NCBI GenBank assembly: GCA_963849325.1
Contig: CAWKHF010000014.1
Span: 1 to 64,000 of the forward strand
Origin: an uncultured Planctomycetota bacterium
GTDB lineage: Bacteria; Planctomycetota; Planctomycetia; Gemmatales; Gemmataceae
DNA length: 64,000 nucleotides
Reading direction: 5' to 3'
The notes below the pieces were generated by a model. That model was given only the letters and a program-made list of their open reading frames with translations, ran no database searches and had not been told where the DNA came from. The position numbers and the translations under genes are program-made. Below are positions 9,723 through 22,300 of this stretch, one piece after another (positions within the stretch are counted from its first letter, which is position 1; the number at the start of each line of letters is the position of its first letter).

Positions 9723-11003
9723 GGTAGCCGACTCTTGAAAGCGCTCCATCAACTCCCGTAGCCGGGGCAAGCCGGCGAGGATGGCCGGCGATGCGGGTCC
9801 GAAGTCGAGCAGGCAGGCGATCTCCTGCACGCCGATGTCCACCAGCTTGCCCACCAACTCCACACAGTCGTCCGGCGTTCCCATGAGCGAACGCTGCCGC
9901 AGGAACTTCTCGAAGGCCCACCGGATCGCCTCGTCCAGCTGCGCCGGCGTCAGACGGTCCAGCGCGATGGGGACATTGCGGCTCTGGGCCAGCTTTTCCA
10001 GCAATTTCAGGTTCTTCTTGAGGTAATCGCAGTACGGCTCGTAGGCGTTGCGGCGCACGTCCTCGGGATCGTCGGCGAGGTAGGTGTGCAGGGTGACGGC
10101 GACGCGGCCGGCGTCGGGGTCCCAGCCGTGTTCGGCCCGCGCCCGGCGATAGAGGGCGACCTTCTCGGCCAGCTCTTCCACTCCCTGGTCGAACAGGTGG
10201 GTCAAGACGTTGGCGCCGATCTCGCCGGCCTGCTGGAAACTGCGCGGGCTGCCCGCCGCGGTGATCCACAGAGGAAGCCGCTTCTGCACGGGCGTCGGAT
10301 ACGTGCGGACGCGGATCTTCTGGCCGCAGCCGTCGGTCGCCTCGATGGACTGGCCGCTCCAGAGCTGCTCGACCACCCGGATGCTGTCGTACATCGTTTC
10401 ATAGCGGCGGGCGTAGCGGGCGGGATGCAGAGCGAAGTCTTCCGCGTTCCATCCCGGCGCGAACGACAACTCGATGCGGCCCTTCGAGAGGTTATCGACC
10501 ACGGCCCACTCCTCCGCCACGCGGAGAGGATCGTGCAAGGGCAGGACGACACTGCCGGCGCGCAGGCGAATCCGTCGCGTCTCACGGGCCAGGGCGGCGT
10601 GCAGCACGGCCGGGTTGGGGTAGAGACTGCCCATTGCCGTGAAGTGGCGCTCCGGCAGCCAGACGGCCGAGAAGCCGGCGGCGTCCGCATACCGCGCCGC
10701 CTCGATCACCAACTCATACTTCTCCGCCGCGGCCTCGCCCTCGTCACCGCCGAAGAAGAGCAGGCCGAACGCGAGGGTCTTACGGGTCGGTCGAGGAGAG
10801 GCAATCGTCGGGGCCGTCCCTTGCCGCCGGACGTACTCCAGACAATCCTCGCGGGTCGAGGCGGGCAGCACCTCGCGCCAGCCTGCCGGGATCGGCTTGT
10901 GGGCCGGCCACAAGCTCTGACGGCCGGACTCGCTGCGCAGCACCCGAAATCGGGAGGATTCATTCGTCAACACGGCATCCGTCATAACACTCTCCGCGCT
11001 CAT
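9690..11003 (-). CDS. MbtH-like domain fused to luciferase-like flavin monooxygenase (LLM, natural-product type)
   Basis: QSLWPAHKPIPAGW...CLEYV (MbtH), then FGLLFF, WLPERHF, LYPNPAV, LHDPLRVAEEWAVVDNLSKGR. ATGA overlap with the upstream gene. Confidence 0.85.
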   Translation of the reverse strand: MSAESVMTDAVLTNESSRFRVLRSESGRQSLWPAHKPIPAGWREVLPASTREDCLEYVRRQGTAPTIASPRPTRKTLAFGLLFFGGDEGEAAAEKYELVIEAARYADAAGFSAVWLPERHFTAMGSLYPNPAVLHAALARETRRIRLRAGSVVLPLHDPLRVAEEWAVVDNLSKGRIELSFAPGWNAEDFALHPARYARRYETMYDSIRVVEQLWSGQSIEATDGCGQKIRVRTYPTPVQKRLPLWITAAGSPRSFQQAGEIGANVLTHLFDQGVEELAEKVALYRRARAEHGWDPDAGRVAVTLHTYLADDPEDVRRNAYEPYCDYLKKNLKLLEKLAQSRNVPIALDRLTPAQLDEAIRWAFEKFLRQRSLMGTPDDCVELVGKLVDIGVQEIACLLDFGPASPAILAGLPRLRELMERFQESATAACGLACSSR

Positions 11004-14000
11004 GCGTAATACAGGGCGCACCACACCTGCAAGCCGGCTGCGACTTCGATCAACAAGACCGGAGCGCCGGCCGTGAGCCGGCCTTCCTGGCGGACCTTCT
11101 GAAACGCGAAGGCCAGGGACGACGTGAAGTAATCGCGCTCCGCGCCGACGTTGACCACCTTTTCGATCGACATCCCCAGACCCTCGGCGATGACGTTCTC
11201 CCAGCCTCCCCGGCCGCTGCGGCGGCACCAGCAGGCCAACGTCCGCCGGCGAAAGCGACTCGCGGGCAAGGAACTCGCGCACCACCCGGCACACGCATTC
11301 GACCTCCCGGTCTTCCAGAGCCGCGTCCCGATGGTGGAAGACAGCGGGCTTGTCTTCATGGACGCCGGTGGCGCTGACGATGGCGTCGAGGTGTTCGGGG
11401 AAGGCGCGGAAGCCGAAGGCCGCGAACCCTTCGCTGCCGCCGGACTCTTCGAGGACCAGCGCCGACGCCGCCTCGGCACGGGCAGCATGGCCCTCGGGCC
11501 GCAACTCGCGGCAAGGCTCGACCTCGGAGGCGATCACGAGGGCCCGCGAAAACTTCCGCGCCGCCATCAACTCGGCGGAGAGGAGGCAGGCGGTCAGCGT
11601 CCCGCCCGCGCCGTTGAGGACGTCGAAGGCCAGCGTCCGCCGTTCGCCGAGTTGCTTGTCGTCGTGGTTGATGGCCAGCTCGCCGGCGGCGATGCTGGCG
11701 ACGGACGGCTCGGCGAGAAACTCACTGCGGTACACGCCGGTGTGGATCACGACGTCGATCTCGTCGCGCGGCCGGGCCGAGCGTTCCAGGCAAGCCTCGC
11801 CGGCGCGGCGGACCAGGTCGATGGTCTCCGCCGGCCCGTCCGCCGACCGATCCACGGTGGCGATGCTTTCCAGACGCACGCGCCGCTGACAGTGGAAGTG
11901 CCGTAGCGGCTCGGCCGGCCGCGCCGGCGCTGCCTCTCGCGGCCGCGGCGGTTGTCGCAGTCGCTCCGGCAGATCATCGAAGGTGTACAGAGCGGTGCCG
12001 ACGGTCTGGCCCGAACCGCTCACCGCGAAGACGAGCCGTTCTCCGGCCGCGAAGCGCCCGGCCTGGATCGCCTCGTAGACGGCCAGGAAGTGCGTGTTGG
12101 TGGCGGTGTTGCCGCGCTCGGCGACGTTGTAGAGCGTGTTGCCGCGATGACAGAACGGCTGACCCAGGGCGCGATTGATCTCCTGCACCGCGCCGTCCAG
12201 CGTCGTCTCCGAAGTCTGGTGGATGACCAGCCCCTTGACCGTATCGAGGTCCCAGCGCCGGCGCCGCAACATCTCGGCGGCATGGCCGACGGCTTGCTTG
12301 ATGGTGACGACCGTGCTCGTCACCGAATCGGTGTGCATGACGGGTCCGCTGCCCGGTACGGCAGACAGCTTGGCCACGCACAGGTCATGGTATTTGCCCA
12401 GCGTGTATAGCTCGACCTCCTGGAAGCCGACGTCGGCGGTCGGCGCCCGGCCCAGCAACAGCGCCACCCCGGAATCGCCGAGGGTCAGGCACGGCAAACG
12501 CGGGTCCATGAAGCCCGCGATCTCCTGCTGGGCCGTCCGCATTAGGTGAGTGATGTATTCGCCGCTGACGATCAGGACGCGCCGGACGACGCCCTGGCGA
12601 AGAAGCGTGTCGGCCAGTAGGATCGCCGTGAAGGTGCCGGCGCAGGCGTTGCTGAGGTCGAAGGCCACGGCGTTGACCAGGCCGAAGCGGCGAGCGATGC
12701 GGGCGGCGGTCGCCGGCTCCAGCGAGAAACGATACGGGCCGTCATAGCGAGAGATGTTGCAGCAGATCAGCAAATCGATTTCGTCGGCGCGCACACGCCG
12801 CTCGCCGCAGACACTCGGCGGCGGCCTTCTCGGCCAGGTCGAGAGAGAATTCCGTATCGCCGGCGACGCGGCGGCTGCGGATACCGGTCAGTCGCTCCAG
12901 CGGGAACTCGATCTTGTTGCGGCAGTCGCGCAATACCTGTTCGGTCGTAACCGACTTTTCCGGTAGATAAACGCCGATACTCTCTACCAGAGCACCGGCT
13001 CGCTGGGTGTCGGAAATAGGGACCAGGGGCTCGGAAGCAGGGACGAGGGACGAGGGACGAGGGACTAGGGAAGGAACTGGCTCCCTGTCTTCCCTATTCC
13101 CTAGTCCCTGGTCCCTAGTCCCTGTTTCGAGGGCCGCGGCCAGTTCGGCGATGGTCTGATGGCGGAACAGCATTTCCGGCGTCACGGACAAGCCTTGCTC
13201 GCGGGCCAAGGCCGACACCTCCAGCGTCTGCGTCGAGGCACCGCCCAGCTCGAAGAAATGATCGTGGATGCCGACGCGCTCCACTTTCAAGACACGCGAC
13301 CAGATGCGCGCCAGTTGATGTTCCAACTCCATCCGTGGGGCACCGGAAGACGTTTCGGCCTCTCCGTTCGATGCGCCCACCGTCGCCGGATCGGGTAATC
13401 GTGTTCGGTCCAGCTTGCCCGTGGTGCCCAGGGGGAAGGCGTCGAGCGTCACGACGGCGGCCGGCAACATGCAGCGCGGCAGTCGTTCGCGGAGATGGGC
13501 GCGGACGCCCGGTAGGGAGAAAGCGTTCCCCTTGCGCGGCACCACGTAAGCGGCCAGGCGCGGCGCGCTGCCGTTGTCTTTCCACACGACCACCGCCGCG
13601 TCGAGGACGTCAGGGTGACGCCGAAGGACTTCCTGAATCTCCTCCAGCTCGATGCGATGTCCGCGGATTTTCACCTGATGATCGGCACGGCCGAGGAATT
13701 CCAACTCGCCCTCCGCCGTCCAGCGGACCACGTCGCCGCTGCGGTACAGGACCGCCTCGTCGGCCTGGTCGAACGGATTGGGGAGGAAGCGCTCGGCGGA
13801 CAGGTCGGGCCGGTTAAGATAGCCCAGGGCCACGCCTGGCCCAGCGAGGTACAACTCTCCGGCCACACCGACCGGCACGGGCCGAAGATCGCCGTCCAGC
13901 ACATAGACACGAGCATTGGCGATCGGCCGGCCGATGGTCGGCGGTCGTCCTCCGGGCACACATTCGGCGAGGGTGGCCCAGACCGTCACCTCGGTCGGGC

Positions 14001-16315
14001 CATAGGCGTTGAAGAAGCGCCGACCGGGCGCCCAGGTACAGACCAACTCGGCCGAGCACGCTTCGCCCGCCACAATCAGCGTCCGCAGGGCCGGCAGAGG
14101 TTCGGCCGGCACCATCACCAGGACTGAGGGCGGCAAGGTGACGTTGGTGATTCGTTCCTGGCGCAGCATCTCCCATAACGGCCGACCCGGCAGGAGGGCG
14201 GTTTGGCTGCCCAGCACCAGCGTCGCCCCGGACGCTAGGGCCATCGCCAGCTCGAAGACAGAGGCATCGAAACTGAACGAGGCGAACTGGAGCACGCGAT
14301 CCGCGGGGCCGGTTGCGAAGGACTTTTGCTGTGCCGCCCACAGGTTACACAGACCACGATGGCGCAGCACCACGCCCTTGGGCTGCGCCGGTCGAGCCGG
14401 ACGTGTAAATAAGGTAAGCTCGCTCCTCTGCCGACAACGGCAGACCGAGGTCCGTATCGCCTCGTCCCTGGATCTCCGTCTCGGCTCGGTCGAGCAGCAC
14501 GACCGGCAGCGGCAGGGGCGATTCGGAAGCCAGGGTGATCGCCGCCGCCGGGCGGGCGTCGGCGAGGACACCCTCGCGTCTCTTGCCGGGGTCCGACGGG
14601 TCGAGGAACAGAAACGCCGCTCCCGCCTTCCACACCGCCAGCACCGACACGATCAGATCCGGGCCGCGCGGCAAGCTGATCGCCACCGTGTCTCCCGGCC
14701 GCACGCCCATCGTCCGCAGGTGACGCGCCAGCCGATTCGCCCGCCGATTCAACTCGTCATAGGAGAGCGTGACGCCCTCGAAGGACACGGCCGGCGCCGC
14801 GGGTGTCTTCTTGACCTGCTGCTCGAACAGTTCGTGGAAGCAACCCGAGGGATAAGGGGTCTCCGTCCGATTCCAGTCCCCCAGGATTTGTTGTTTCGCG
14901 CCGGCCGACAGAACCTCCGCCTCGCTCAGCGGCGCGTCGGGAGAGGCGGTCAGCGATTCCAGCAGCGTATCGAAGTGCCCCACCCAGCGCCGGATCGTGG
15001 TGGCGTCGAACAGGTCCGAATTGTAGCGGAAGCTGGCGACGAGCTTCTCGCCGAACTCGAAAACGATGAGTGTCAGATCGAACGGAGCGCCGCGCTGTTC
15101 CATCAGCAGCGTCTCCACGGGCAACCCTTGTCCGGCCGTCTCACCGGAGGCAGCGAGGTCGCGCGGCTTGTCCCAGACGAACATCGCCTGGAAGATCGGC
15201 GGACGGGCCGGATCGCGTTTCACGTGCAGTTGTTTGACCAGCAGACCGAACGGGTAAGCCGAATGCTCCAGGGTCTGGTGTACCTGGTCGCGCGTCTCTT
15301 CCAGCAGCCGGCGGAAAGAGTGATCCGAAGCGAACGAGGTCCGCACGACTACCTGGTTGAGGAAGTAGCCGACCACCCGCTCCCATTCGGAGCGTTCGCG
15401 GCCGGCCACCGGAGTGCCGACCAGGATGTCGTGCTGGCCGCCGAGCCGGTGCAGCAGAAGCTGGAAAACGGCCAGCAGGGCCATGAAGCGCGTGGCGCCG
15501 TGTTCGTCGGCCAGAGAGCGCAGCTTGCGGACGACCTCGGCATTCAAGGTCCAGGAATGGGCGGTGCCGTTGTAGGTCTGGACGGGCGGACGGGGCCGAT
15601 CCGTCGGTAGTTCCAGCGCCGGCAGCTCGCCGGCAAGGAGGTTATGCCAGTATCGTTGCGCCTGCCGGCCACGCTCGCTGTACGCCTGCACGGTCTCCCA
15701 GCGGACGAAATCGGCGAATCGCGCCGACGTTGGCGGCAGTCGTGCGGCTCGGCCGGCACGCAGGTCGAGGTAAAGCTGCCGCAGTTCCTGGATGAGCAGG
15801 TCGGCGGACCACAGGTCGGCGATGATGTGATGGAACGTCATCAGGAGCACGAATTCCGCCGGCGCGCGGCGAAACAGCTCGATGCGCAGGCACGGCGCCC
15901 GGCCGAGGTCGAACGGTACGTCCGCCTGCCGGCGGGCCGTTTCTATCAGGCGCTCCTCGCTCCACGACGAGGCATCGGTCACGGGGATGTCGAGGGGAAC
16001 TTCCCTCTCCACCTGCTGCATCGGTTTGTGATCGCGCGCGAGGAAGCGGGTCCGCAGGGCGGGATGGCGATCCACCAAAGCCCGGCAAGCGCGGCGGAGG
16101 ACGGCCGCGTCAACCGCGGCGGGGATGCGGGCGGCGTAGAGGAAGTTGTAGGCGGGACTGGCCGGCGCCAACTGGTGCAAAAACCACAACGAGGCCTGGC
16201 CATGCGAGAGCGGCACCGGATCCTCGGAGCCGCCCGGCTGCAGGCCGAGCAGGTGTTTCACCAGTTCCTGCTTTTCCTCGACAGGCAAGGCGTGCAGTAT
16301 CGATCGATCGATCAT
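11000..16315 (-). CDS. NRPS C-A-PCP fused to two OleA/KAS III-like domains (frameshifts ~14390, ~12795, ~11200)
   Basis: C: HHIIADLWS. A: YTSGSTG..KG, FDASV, NAYGPTE, YRSGD, GRADHQVKIRGHRIEL, GKLDR. PCP: FFELGGAST. Thiolase-fold domains: DLSNACAG/HQTS/GNT and FDVLNGAGG. Confidence 0.85.
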
Positions 16316-16361
16316 CGCTTGTCCTCTCCGTTCCGTGCTGCTCCGCAAAGCCGCAAGCGGC

Positions 16362-19300
16362 TTACTCCAAAAGCGATTCCAGAAGTCCGTCGAGTTTTTC
16401 CTCGGGAAGCTGGTCTACGTTCTCCGAGGTAAGGCCCGCCGGCGGTCGCGGTCCCGTCGGGCGCTCGTCGGGCTTTTCGCTCAGCGCCGCCGCCGCCCGG
16501 TCCCGAATCTGGCCCAGGCTCAGCCCACGGAGGAAATCGACCACGGACAGGGACAGCCCCAGGTGGTCCTCGATCCGGTTGCGCAGCTGAATGCCCGTCA
16601 GGGAATCGAGTCCGAATGCCTGCAACGGTTTGTCCACGTCGGACGCGGAGACGTCCAGGCCGAGGACGTTGCGCAGCTGTCGCCGTAGGTACTCCTCAAT
16701 CAGCCGGCGCCGCTCCGAGGGAGGGGCCGACAGGATCGCCTTGCGGTCGAGGTGCCTCGTCTTTTCCGTGCCGTTGACGCTGGCAAGCTCCGGCGCCGGT
16801 GTTCCCGGAACGTAGCGCTGGCCGCCCCGATAAGCCACCACCCGCTGCTCGTCGGAGTGGCGGAGGGTCTGATACAAGCATTCCACCTGTTCGGCGGCGG
16901 ATTGATTCGGATCGAGGTCGATGAGACCCATCGATCCGTCGGCTCGCGGAGGGAAGAGCGATTGCCACTCCGCGGAAGACACCTCCGCTGTCTCCCTCCC
17001 CGGGAGGCAAGGAGCCGCGCCGCGCGTGACGACCCACGTCCCGGACAGTGAGTCGTTCGTGCAGACACGGGAAGGGTCATGCTGCCGGCAACTGCAAGGA
17101 GGTCTGGCGAGTGCGCCTGCCCCGTCCGTGAAGTCCACCAGGTAGATCGCCGCTCTCGGGTCGGAGGGCCGGATTGCCTCGGTGATGCAGGAATCGCCAG
17201 GGGCGAGACGAACAACCGTGCCTCCATCCGCCTTCAACCTCGCGGCCAGGGCGTCCGCCAGGTTCAGCCGGTCCCCGGCCAGGATCCAGGTCGTCGAGGT
17301 CCGGGCCGGCCCCGTGGACCCGTTTCCGATGGGACTGATACCGTTCTTTCGGAACGTGGGCTTCGCTGCTGCTGACAGGCTGGTGTCATTGCGAGCCAGG
17401 ATGACTACCTGGTCGGGGTCGGGCAATTGCGCATCGGCGGCGGGAAGGGCCGCGACGTTCCGCAAAACCTTCGTCGGCAAGCAGGCGTCCCCAGTCCGCG
17501 GGCGGCAGCAACGGGTATTGGGGCCGCAGCTCCAGGTCGGCGAATTTCCACCATCCCTCGGTCAGGCCGAAGATAAGGTCCAGCAAGCGCCGCGGCCCCG
17601 TCCCTTCGAGCAGGACCAGGACACCGCCGGGAGCCAGCAGACGACGCGCCGTGCGGACGCTGCTTCGCAGGTCCGGGGTGGCGTGCAGCACGTTGGCTGC
17701 CAGGACCACGTCGAATTGGCCGTCCGCGAAGCCCTGCGGTCCCGGAGCTTTTTCCAGGTTGAACGTGCGGTACTGGACGAAGGGGAACGCCTCGAACTTG
17801 GCGGAGGCCTGGGCGACGAACAGCCGCGATACGTCGGTGAAGACGTACTCGACCCGATCCGGCGGCAGGGCCGGCAGGACGTGCGCCGTGGTGCCGCCCG
17901 TGCCGCCGCCGACCTCCAGAATGTGGACGGGGCGATGGTCGGCGAGGCGCTCGATCAGGCGAGACAGCGAGCCGACCACCAGGTCGTTATAGAAGCGCGC
18001 CACCGGAGATTCCCGATACAGCCGCTCCGTCCAGGAGGCGGCCTCGTCGCCGAACAGAACGTCGAGCGGATCGGCCTCGCCGCGCAGGACGCGGTGCATC
18101 CGCGTGGCGCAGCGATGGGCCAACCGCAAGTCCGCCTCGAAAGTCGGATGACGGCCGAGCAGGTCGCGGTGCCAATCGCCAACGTCCCCCGCAGCGGGCA
18201 TGCGGATCACGCGCCAGCCGGTCTCCGTGCGGGCGAGCCAGCCGTCCTCCGCCGCCATCTGCAACAGCCGGCCGAGAAGCCGGTGGTAAGAGGGAATCAC
18301 TTTCAGCCGTCCGGCCAGTTCGTCGTCGCACACCTCGTCGCCGGGTCGCGGGGTCCAGCCGAGACGGCGCAGCGTGTCCACGACGTAGGCACCGGCCAAG
18401 CGATCAAATTCCTCTCTCAAGGGTATGAATTGTTCGATCCGATGCTTGGCTCGCAGCGGGGGAACGAGCGCAGCGGCGTCGGCGAGAGTCTCGAACCCCG
18501 TTGCTCCGCGGGGCAAGTGCTGGCGCCAGTTGGAACAGGGTCTCCAGTGGAGGCTTTCGCCAGTCCCACGGGAAGGTTTGGCCACGGCGGCAACAGGCGG
18601 CCGAGTGGGGGCGATGGCATCGACCCAGTAACGGAAGCGCTCGAAGGGGTAGGTCGGCAAATCGACGCGCGGGCGATGGGGCCGGCCATCCATCTGCTCC
18701 CAGCTCACGTTTGCTCCGTCCGCGTACAGACGGCCAAGGGCCGCGAGCATCTCTGCCTGATCGCTGCCTCCTCGCCGTAGCGACGACCGCCAGACTGTAC
18801 CCTCCATCGCCTCCAGGCAGGCCGGGCCGAGCCGAGAGAGGACGGCGTCGGGTCCGACCTCGACGAAGTGCGTGATACCGGCCTTGTGGAGCGTGCGGAT
18901 GCCGGCGGCGAACTGCACCGGCCGGCGGGCGTGCTCCGCCCAGTATTCCGGCGCGGGGATGGCGTCGAAAAAGGCGCCGGTGACGTTGGAGACGAGGGGG
19001 ATGGACGGCGGGCGGTGCGACATTCGCGCGGCCAACTCGCGCAGTCCCGGCAACGTCGGCTCGATCAGGGACGAATGGAAGGCGCGGCGGACGTGCAGCA
19101 GGCGGGTCTCGACTCCCTGGGCCGCTAATTCCTCGCGCAACGCCGTCGCCTCCGCGGCGTATCCGGCGACGACGATGCTGTCCGGGCCGTTGACCGCGGC
19201 GACGTCCGAGACGTCCGCCCCATCGCCCGACATGATTTCGTACCACATCCAGCGGCGCGAAGCACACCAGCATGGCGCCTTCGGGACAGTCCTGCATGAG

Positions 19301-22300
19301 CCGCCCGCGCCGGACGATCAGCTCCAGGGCGCTCTCCAGCGGCAACACGCCGGCCACGCATGCCGCCACGTACTCTCCGACGCTGTGGCCCAGCAGCGCG
19401 GCCGGCTGGACGCCCCATGCCCGCCACGTCTGCGCCAGGCGCGTATTCCACGGCGAAGAGGGCCGGCTGGGAGACATCGGTCTGCTCCAACCGTTCCACG
19501 TCGCGCAGAAGGTCCGGCAGGTTTTTCATGCCGAGGGCATCGAGGATGTCGGCGCAGCGATCCAGCGTGCGGCGATAGGTGAGGCACGATTCGTACAGCT
19601 CGCGCCCCATGCCGGCGTACTGCGCGCCCTGGCCCGTGAACAGGAACGCCACCCGGCCCGTCCAGCTCGCGCGCGGCCTGTCCTTCCTGGCAGGCGGGGT
19701 GATGGCCCGTCTCGGCCCAGGCGGCGAGGGCCGTGGACAAATCCTGAACCCGTGGCGCCGATCACGGCGAGCCGATACTCGAAGTGACATCGTTCTCGGC
19801 TGGCGGCGGCGCAAACGTCCTCCACCGCGACGTCGGGGTGGTCGCGCAGCCATCCGGCGAAACGGCGCGCCAGCTCGCGCAGCGCCGTCTTACTTTTGGC
19901 CGACAGCGGCAGAAGATGACAAGGTGACAAGGTGACAAGGTGACAAGGTGAACGGAGAACTGCCGCGGTTGCGGCCTCTCTGTTTCTCGTGTGTCCCTGG
20001 CTCTCTTGCGACAAGGTCACCTTGTCACCTTGTCTCCTTGTCACCTTGTCATCTTCGGGGGCTTGAGCGACGAGGACGTGAGCGTTGGTGCCGCCGAAGC
20101 CAAAGGAACTGACGGCGGCCAGCCGCGGACGTTGCTCGTTGGGCCAGGGGGTTAGCTCGCGGGGAATGTGGAAGCGCGTGCCCGCGAGTCCGATGCGCGG
20201 GTTGAGATTTTCCAGGTGCAGGTGCGGGGCGATCTGGCCGTGATGGACCTGCAAGACGGCCTTGATCAGACCGGCGATGCCCGCCGCCGCTTCCAGATGG
20301 CCGAGGTTCGTCTTGACCGAAGACAGGGCGCAGGGCACGGTCGCGGAACCCAGGGCGGCTTGCAGAGCGTCGAACTCGATCGGGTCGCCCAGAGAGGTGC
20401 CGGTGCCGTGGGCCTCGATGCAAGACACGTCGTCGGGGGAACGGCCGGCGAGCCGGAGCACGCGACGGATTAGCTCGGTCTGCCGTGCGCCGTTGGGGGC
20501 GGTGATGCCGTTGCTCTTGCCGTCCTGATTGACGGCCGACGCCTCCACAACCGCGAGGATGCGATCGCCGTCGCGCACGGCCGCCGACAGCGGCTTGAGG
20601 ACGACGACACCGCAGCCCTCGCCGCGGACGTAACCGTCGGCGGCGGCGTCGAACGTCTTGCACAGGCCGGCCGACGACAACATGCCGCCGTGCGACAGTA
20701 CCTCGGTCAGATCCGGCGTGAGGATCAGATTGACGCCGCCCACCAGGGCCAACTCGCACTCGCCCAGCCGCAAGCTCTGACAGGCCAGGTGGATCGCCAC
20801 CAGCGCCGAAGAGCAGGCCGTATCGACGGTCACGCTCGGGCCGTGCAGGTCGAGATGATAGGACAGGCGATGCGCGGCCATGCTGGCCGCATTGCCGACA
20901 CCCGCGTAACCGTCGGAGGCGCAGCCGTGCGCCAGCAGCAGCCGACTGTAATCGTTTGTCGAGGCACCCACGAACACGCCCACGGGACGGCCGGCCAGGC
21001 CGTCCGCGGGCAAGCCGGCGTGCTCCAGCGCCTCCCAGGCCGTTTCCAGCAGCAAACGATGTTGCGGATCGATAAAGACGGCTTCTCGGGGAGCGATGCC
21101 GAAAAACGGAGCGTCGAAACAGGCGACGTCCGCCAGGTATCCGCCTCGCGTCGTGGCCGCGCCCTCGGCGGCGCGCTCCCAGCGACCTTCGGGCAACTCG
21201 TCAATCACACAGCGGCCATCTCGGAAGACCTGCCAGACCTCGTCCGGCCCGTGGGCCGTGGGGAAACGACAGCCGATGCCGACGACCGCGATCGACTGGC
21301 GCCTCGCCTCGCAGGCAGGAGCCTCCAGCTTCACGTCAGCCACGGAGTCGCGGGCCAGGACGCCGACGAGGGCGCCGACGGTCGGAGCGCTGTACAACAG
21401 AGTCGGCGATAGGGGACGGCCCAGCCATTCTTGCAGGTCGGAAGCCAGGGCCGCCAGCGCCAGGGAACCCATGCCATAGGCGGACCAGGGCTTGTCCGCG
21501 TCGATCTGATCGGGCGGCAGTTTCAAGAGCCGGGCCATCCGAGCCACGAGCCAGTCGCGCAGCGCCTCGGAAGAAGTGGCGAGTGGCGAGTGGCGAGTGG
21601 CGAGGGAAGAAGAAGCCTCTTCACTAGCCACTGACCACTGGCCACTAGCCACTTCTTCCGAGGCACGTTCGATAGCGTTGAGTTCTCCGTCTCGGAAGCG
21701 ACGGGCACATTCCTGGCGCTGCACTTTGCCGCTAGAAGCCCGCGGGATCGAGCCGACCTTGACCAGCAGCAAGTGGTGCAACTCCAACTCGAACAACTCG
21801 GCGAGGCGTTCGCGGATGCGGGCGAATAACCCCTCGCCTCCGCCGGGCTTGTAATCGCGCGCCACCTCGAACACGAGCACCAGTTCGGTGCCGGACTCTC
21901 CCTCGACCGCGAAGGAGGCGCCGGTCTGTCCGCCCAGTTCGGGACAGGCGTCCGCGGCCGCCTCCTCCAGGTCGTGCGGGTAGAAGTTACGGCCCCGGCA
22001 GATGATCAGGTCCTTGCACCGGCCGCTGATGAAAAGCTCGCCTTCGTGGAAGAAGCCCATGTCGCCGGTGCGCAGGAAGGAGAGTTCCGGGTCTGAAGGA
22101 CACCGAGCCTGAAACGTCTGCGCCGATTCTTCCGGCCGATCCCAGTAACCGCGGCGCGACGCTGGGACCGGACACCCAGATTTCTCCGATTCGCCCCTCG
22201 GAAAGCGGTTCGGCGCTGGCCGGATCGACGATGCGCACGGTCAGGTCCGGCAACGGCCGACCGCAGCCGACCATCGGCTGTCCGTCGCCTTCCAGCTCGA

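Noticed and set aside
9690-12794. 1034-aa KASIII-MbtH-LLM fusion from the ORF track
   Set aside because: An indel near 11200 creates the read-through. The KAS domain ends at the TGA at 11000, which overlaps the next ATG at 11003.
19917-20051. Tandem repeats as a CRISPR array
   Set aside because: Units are 7-8 nt with no unique spacers, and no cas genes are present.
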